Positions 49,174 to 53,500 of a stretch of DNA of 53,500 nucleotides are shown piece by piece (position 1 is the first letter of the stretch; each line of letters starts with the position of its first letter). The translations under genes were made by a program, and so were the position numbers. Source of the stretch: Thermoproteota archaeon (GTDB lineage Archaea > Asgardarchaeota > Jordiarchaeia > Jordiarchaeales > Freyrarchaeaceae); NCBI GenBank assembly GCA_029258835.1, contig JAPDJY010000033.1:1-53500 (forward strand), given 5' to 3'. The notes under the pieces were generated by a model, which worked only from the letters and a program-made list of their open reading frames with translations, made no database searches and was not told the origin of the DNA.

Positions 49174-49513
49174 ACAGCTCACACGCCTCAAGGTAGCTTA
49201 AGCAGCTCCTGTTAGACGTACCGAAAAGTTGCCACGAGAAATCTCAACACCCTAAAAACCCTTCCTCCCTTAACCCACTGCAGCACCCGTACGCTCAGCA
49301 TTACCCCCCGGAGGGTGGAGGGACGCTGCTCAGCTGAGATCGCTTTTCCAGAGGCGCTGAAAGGCGCCGCTCCTGTGCTCTTCAGCGTAGACGTGGTGGG
49401 TGCTTTGCTGGGGTGGCGGAAGCTGGGGGTGGGTTGAAGCTTGTGGGTGCTCTCGGTGCCCGAGGTGTTCTTCTAACGTGGGGTGGTGGAGGCATGTTAC
49501 GAGTTGGCTGTTG

Positions 49514-50333
49514 CTAACCGTAACCCTTCCACTTACTGTTTAGCACGCTTTCAAGCTTTCTCTTACTTATGACTCTGTATTCTCTGTCCGGGGAGAATAC
49601 TTCTAGGGTTATCGTCCCCTTGTACCCTTTCTCTGCTAGCTGTTTTAGTGGTGTTGCGTAGTCTGTTCTTCCTGCTCCTAGTGGGAGGTGGTCGTCTCTT
49701 TCTCCAAGGTTATCGCTGACGTGGACGTGGGACAGCAACCCGTAGAGCTCCTCTATGAAGGATTGGGGTGGATCTGACCTTGGGAGGTTTGCGTGGGCTA
49801 TGTCTAAGACGAAGGAGAGGTTTTCCAGCTGTAGCTGGCTGAAAAGCTTCTTGAACTCGTCCACCCTCGTGAAGTGCTCTGAGAGGGGAGGCACTCCTGC
49901 GGGGAGGTTCTCGACGCCGATGGTCAAACCGTAGTCCTCGGCTTTCCCGGCTAGCTTCCTGAGGGAGTTGACGGCGTTCTGGAAGGCTCTCTCCCGGCTC
50001 AGAAGGGGGAAGCGGAAGCCCGGGTGAACGGTTAGAAAACCGATTTCAAGCTTGTATGCTGCGTCGAGGGCTTTCACCGTTTCACTGATCGACGCCTCCC
50101 TCAGCTCGTCGTAGAAGTTGGCTATGTCCACGAAGGTCTGCGTGTGGGCGAGCCTGGTGAGCTTGTAGGTTGACAGCAGGTCTAGCAGCTCATCCTTTCT
50201 AGCTAGAACCTGCTCGGGCGTCGAGGACGGGTACTCAAACGCCAGCTCAACGCCGTCAAACCCGTTCTCACCCGCAAACTTAACCTCGTCTAGAAAGTCC
50301 CTGTAGGGAACGCTCATCATGCAGATCTTCAAC
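49514..50333 (-). CDS. Sugar phosphate isomerase/epimerase (AP endonuclease 2 TIM barrel)
   Basis: GFDGVEL, VHPG, VENL, LDIAHA, HVSDN..DDHLPLG and TLEV. Start is probably TTG near 50333. Confidence 0.88.
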
Positions 50334-50524
50334 CTTCCACCTCCCCCTACTAAGGAAAAAACAAACCTGTTAAATGTTTCTGACATCATGCTGCGACGCC
50401 CATGGCTGCAGGTTTGAAGCGGACTAGGTCGTTTATGAGCCGGGCGGAGCCGCAAAACACGTCATCCGGGCTGAGCGCGGCGAACACTAATACTAATAAA
50501 AAGAGGGGAGGGTTCGGAGCCGCC

Positions 50525-51946
50525 TTAGAGTGGTGGCTTCTTATCCTGCCATGGCCTCAGCTTCTCGAATGCTCTTGAAGCCTGCAGCACCCCTAGGTCG
50601 TCGTACCTGTCTCCCACTATTTGAAGCCCTACTGGTAAGCCGTCCTTGGTGAAGCCGCACGGCACGGACGCCGCGGGCTGCCCCGTGAAGTTGAACGGGT
50701 AAGTGAAGGGCATCCACCCTATCGGGCTCACATCCTTCCCGGCGATCTTGCTTGGCCCCATACCCTCCTCAAGCTTAAACGCTGGCACGGCGGTCGTCGG
50801 GGTCAGGAGGAAGTCGTACTCTTCAAATATCTTCCTGACTTCGTCCCAGAGCTCGTCTCTTTTAACGCGTATCTTTATGTAGTCTTTGAGGGAGACCATG
50901 TCCGCGAGGGGTAGGAAGTCGAGGTACGCCGGGTAAGCCATCTTCTTCCACTCCTCCAGCTTGTCCCCAACCGCCGCGACAACCTCCGTGGCCACTAGGG
51001 TGACGAGGTCGCCCTCCATGTTCGGGATCTGGACGTTAACCTCCTTGACCTTTGCACCCGCCTTCTTAAACGTGGACGCCGCCTTCCTGGTGATCTCCTC
51101 AACCTCCGGGTCGACGGTGGCGTATCCCAGGTTCGGCGAGTAGGCGAACCGCTTCCCCTTAACCCCCTCCTCAATCCTGTCAAGGTAGCTGAAATCGACG
51201 GCTGGCAGAGAGTACCTGTCGCGGCTGTCAGGGCCGGCGATCACGTCCATCACGAGGGCTGCGTCGGCAACAGTCCTGGTGATCGGGCCGTTGGAAACCA
51301 TCTCCAAGAATATCGGCAGGTCGCGGTAGCTTGGAACGCGTCCGAAGGAGGGCTTAAACCCGTAGACCCCGCATAACGCTGAAGGAATCCTTATTGACCC
51401 TCCGCCATCATTCCCTATCGCGACCGGGCATATTCCCGATGCCACAGCGGCGGCCGCCCCGCCGCTCGACCCGCCGGGAGTCCTGGTTAGGTCCCAAGGG
51501 TTCTTGGTGGCTCCGAAGAGGGGGTTGTCCGTTATCGCCACTAAGCCAAGCTCGGGCATGTTCGTTTTCCCAACTATTACCGCCCCTGCCTCCCTCAGCC
51601 TCTCAACCAGTATGGCATCCCAGTCTGGTACGAAGTTCTCATACATCTTAGACCCAAGCGTCATTTTAACGCCTTTCACTGCAATGTTATCCTTTATCGT
51701 GACTGGAACGCCGAGGAGAGGCTTCCTCCTCCCCTTCTTAGCCTCCCTTTCAGCCCTTTTAGCCTCCTTTCTGGCTTCCTCCTCCAGCAACGTTATAACA
51801 GCGTTTATCTTCGGGTTGCAGAACCTGATTCGCTCCATCACGGCGTCAACAACCTCAACAGGGGAGACTTCCCTCTCACTGATTGCCCTAGAAAGCTCGA
51901 CGGCGCTCATCCAACACAGGTCTTCACCCGCCAACCACATCACCAA
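50525..51946 (-). CDS. Amidase signature family enzyme
   Basis: GVPVTIKD, PGGSSGG and GNDGGGSIRIPS (Ser-Ser-Lys triad). Confidence 0.95.
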   Translation of the reverse strand: MVMWLAGEDLCWMSAVELSRAISEREVSPVEVVDAVMERIRFCNPKINAVITLLEEEARKEAKRAEREAKKGRRKPLLGVPVTIKDNIAVKGVKMTLGSKMYENFVPDWDAILVERLREAGAVIVGKTNMPELGLVAITDNPLFGATKNPWDLTRTPGGSSGGAAAAVASGICPVAIGNDGGGSIRIPSALCGVYGFKPSFGRVPSYRDLPIFLEMVSNGPITRTVADAALVMDVIAGPDSRDRYSLPAVDFSYLDRIEEGVKGKRFAYSPNLGYATVDPEVEEITRKAASTFKKAGAKVKEVNVQIPNMEGDLVTLVATEVVAAVGDKLEEWKKMAYPAYLDFLPLADMVSLKDYIKIRVKRDELWDEVRKIFEEYDFLLTPTTAVPAFKLEEGMGPSKIAGKDVSPIGWMPFTYPFNFTGQPAASVPCGFTKDGLPVGLQIVGDRYDDLGVLQASRAFEKLRPWQDKKPPL

Positions 51947-52186
51947 AAGTAGTAGAAGGAACCATGAAGGCTTTTAAGCTTACGGTGCCCTTCAACCGAG
52001 GAGAGATAGTAATTTCTCTGGAAAAGGGTGGCGGCTAACGTTCAAGTTCAACCCGCGGCAGCCTCTGCCAACCACTTACCAGGGAAAACAGGGGAAACCC
52101 CGGTGAAAGTTAAAGTTTAATTTGGATTCGACTTAACTTCAGTACCACTGGTTTACCTTTCAGTTAGAGGGAAGGAGAGTGGTTGT

Positions 52187-53011
52187 GTGGAAACCGTGAT
52201 CTACAGGAAAGACGGACACGTAGTAACTATAATCATAAACAGGCCGGAGGTTCACAACTGTATAGATCCTGAAACAAACCGGAGGCTTGCCGAGGCGTGG
52301 CGTAGGTTCGGTGAGGACGATGACGCATGGGTGGCGATAATCACCGGAGCGGGGGATAGGGCGTTCTGCACGGGTGCAGACCTTAAAAAGTGGCCTTCAT
52401 ACTTGAGAGGGCGGAGGGTTGGCTTCTTCAGGAGGAACGCGTATTATGGGCCGGGGTTCGGAGGGATCACACGTGGCATGCAGATATTTAAGCCTATTAT
52501 AGCGGCGATCAACGGGATGTGCTACGCTGGAGGCTTGGAGCTGGCGTTGGCAGCGGACATAAGGGTCGCGTCGGAGGACGCCAGGTTCGGCGTTCTGAAC
52601 AGGAGGTGGAACGTCGGCCTCGGCGATGGCGGAACGCAACGCCTCTGGAGGGTTGTGGGGCTGGGGAGAGCGCTTGAACTGATCCTAACAGGGAAGGAGA
52701 TAGACGCTCAGGAAGCCTACAGGATAGGGCTCGTCAACGAGGTGGTTCCCAGAGGAGAAGCCTTGAAGCGGGCAAGGGAGATCGCCGATGTAATATGCAG
52801 TTATCCTCAAGGGTCCATAAGGACGGATAAGGAGGCACTAATAAGAGGGATAGGTGTGCCGTTGGAGGAAGGGTTAAGGCTTGAAAGCCTGCTCTTCTGG
52901 AGTCTACTGCTTAACAGGGACTTCTATGAAGGCCCGTCAGCCTTCAAAGAGAAAAGGAAGCCAAGCTACACTAATGAAAGCGAGACGCTCGAAGAGGTGC
53001 TGAGGATCTGA
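52187..53011 (+). CDS. Enoyl-CoA hydratase/isomerase family protein
   Basis: AFCTGADL, KPIIAAING..AGGLELAL and GGTQRL. Confidence 0.95.
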   Translation: METVIYRKDGHVVTIIINRPEVHNCIDPETNRRLAEAWRRFGEDDDAWVAIITGAGDRAFCTGADLKKWPSYLRGRRVGFFRRNAYYGPGFGGITRGMQIFKPIIAAINGMCYAGGLELALAADIRVASEDARFGVLNRRWNVGLGDGGTQRLWRVVGLGRALELILTGKEIDAQEAYRIGLVNEVVPRGEALKRAREIADVICSYPQGSIRTDKEALIRGIGVPLEEGLRLESLLFWSLLLNRDFYEGPSAFKEKRKPSYTNESETLEEVLRI

Positions 53012-53058
53012 AACGCTAACTCTCCCTCGGCTGCTCCTTGAAGCAGCTGACGCCGAGT

Positions 53059-53310
53059 CTATGACGCCATGTTACGCTTCGGCTTTAATCCAAGCCTGTT
53101 GGCGTACAGCAGGTGGACTACCACGTCCCTGGCATGCCTCCCCCATTTTTCTGCGACATCTCTCACGGTGTCTGCGTCTTGAAGTTCGCCGTTAAAGTAG
53201 AACTCTGAAACAGCCTTCCTGACGCCTAGGTCGTCGGCTGGGGTCACGTTCATTCCCATCGAAGCCACCATGACGAGCTCAGCCGTCCACCTCCCAACCC
53301 CCCTAAAATG
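53059..53310 (-). pseudogene. AlkA-type 3-methyladenine DNA glycosylase, C-terminal fragment
   Basis: FRGVGRWTAELV..PADDLGVRKA (HhH-GPD); 5' part absent. Confidence 0.78.
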
Positions 53311-53500
53311 CCCGAATTCCAGCGCAGGGGCATTGGAACCAAGCTATTAAAATTTGGAATTGCAAAGTCTCCGGCATCAAGAATTTACGTTGGAACGTGG
53401 AAAGCTGCAGACTGGGCAATCCGTTTTTATGAGAAGAATGGTTTTGTAAATCTTGGAAATAACAGGGAGTTGCTGAGAAAATACTGGGGTGTTCCAGAGA
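53308..53500 (+). pseudogene. GNAT acetyltransferase, C-terminal half (runs off the window)
   Basis: Manual translation PEFQRRGIGTKLL...VGTWKAADWAIRFYEKNGF; N-terminal half absent. Confidence 0.75.

Noticed and set aside
50525-51946. Calling the amidase gatA
   Set aside because: No gatB/gatC adjacent, and the GNDGGGSIRIP variant fits general amidases.
1-53500. tRNA/rRNA genes, intact transposases, and the many antisense ORFs in the track
   Set aside because: No T-loop/cloverleaf, rRNA or transposase motifs were recognised by eye (tRNAscan-SE/ISEScan would be decisive). The antisense ORFs shadow well-supported genes.

Overview
Archaeal DNA, judged from GGTGA/GGAGG ribosome-binding sites, TGATG/ATGA gene overlaps, and the PaREP1, DUF499/DUF1156, Csx1 and methanogenesis-marker-16 families. 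The finer lineage cannot be fixed from the sequence; Asgard/Bathyarchaeia-like is only an inference. Roughly 1-37 kb is a decaying defence island. It contains: a type I R-M operon (hsdM-X-HEPN-hsdS-pseudo MNT/HepT-hsdR); an attC-like hairpin; an eroded tyrosine recombinase; an AT-rich PLD/wHTH/unknown/HEPN-wHTH cluster; an orphan proteasome-beta-fold protein; a BREX-like DUF499-PglZ-DUF1156 operon; a divergent UDG-fold gene; many HEPN/MNT and VapBC modules; and an orphan DNA methyltransferase. It also holds a type III-B CRISPR effector operon in which cas10/cmr2 and cmr3 have collapsed to remnants, cmr1 is fused to an MNT antitoxin domain, and an 11x7-bp GGTGATG repeat separates cmr5 from cmr6. 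No CRISPR array, cas1/2/6, tRNA or rRNA was seen. From 37 to 53.5 kb the window is mostly metabolic genes with several pseudogenes. All family assignments come from motif recognition by eye; no database search was run.
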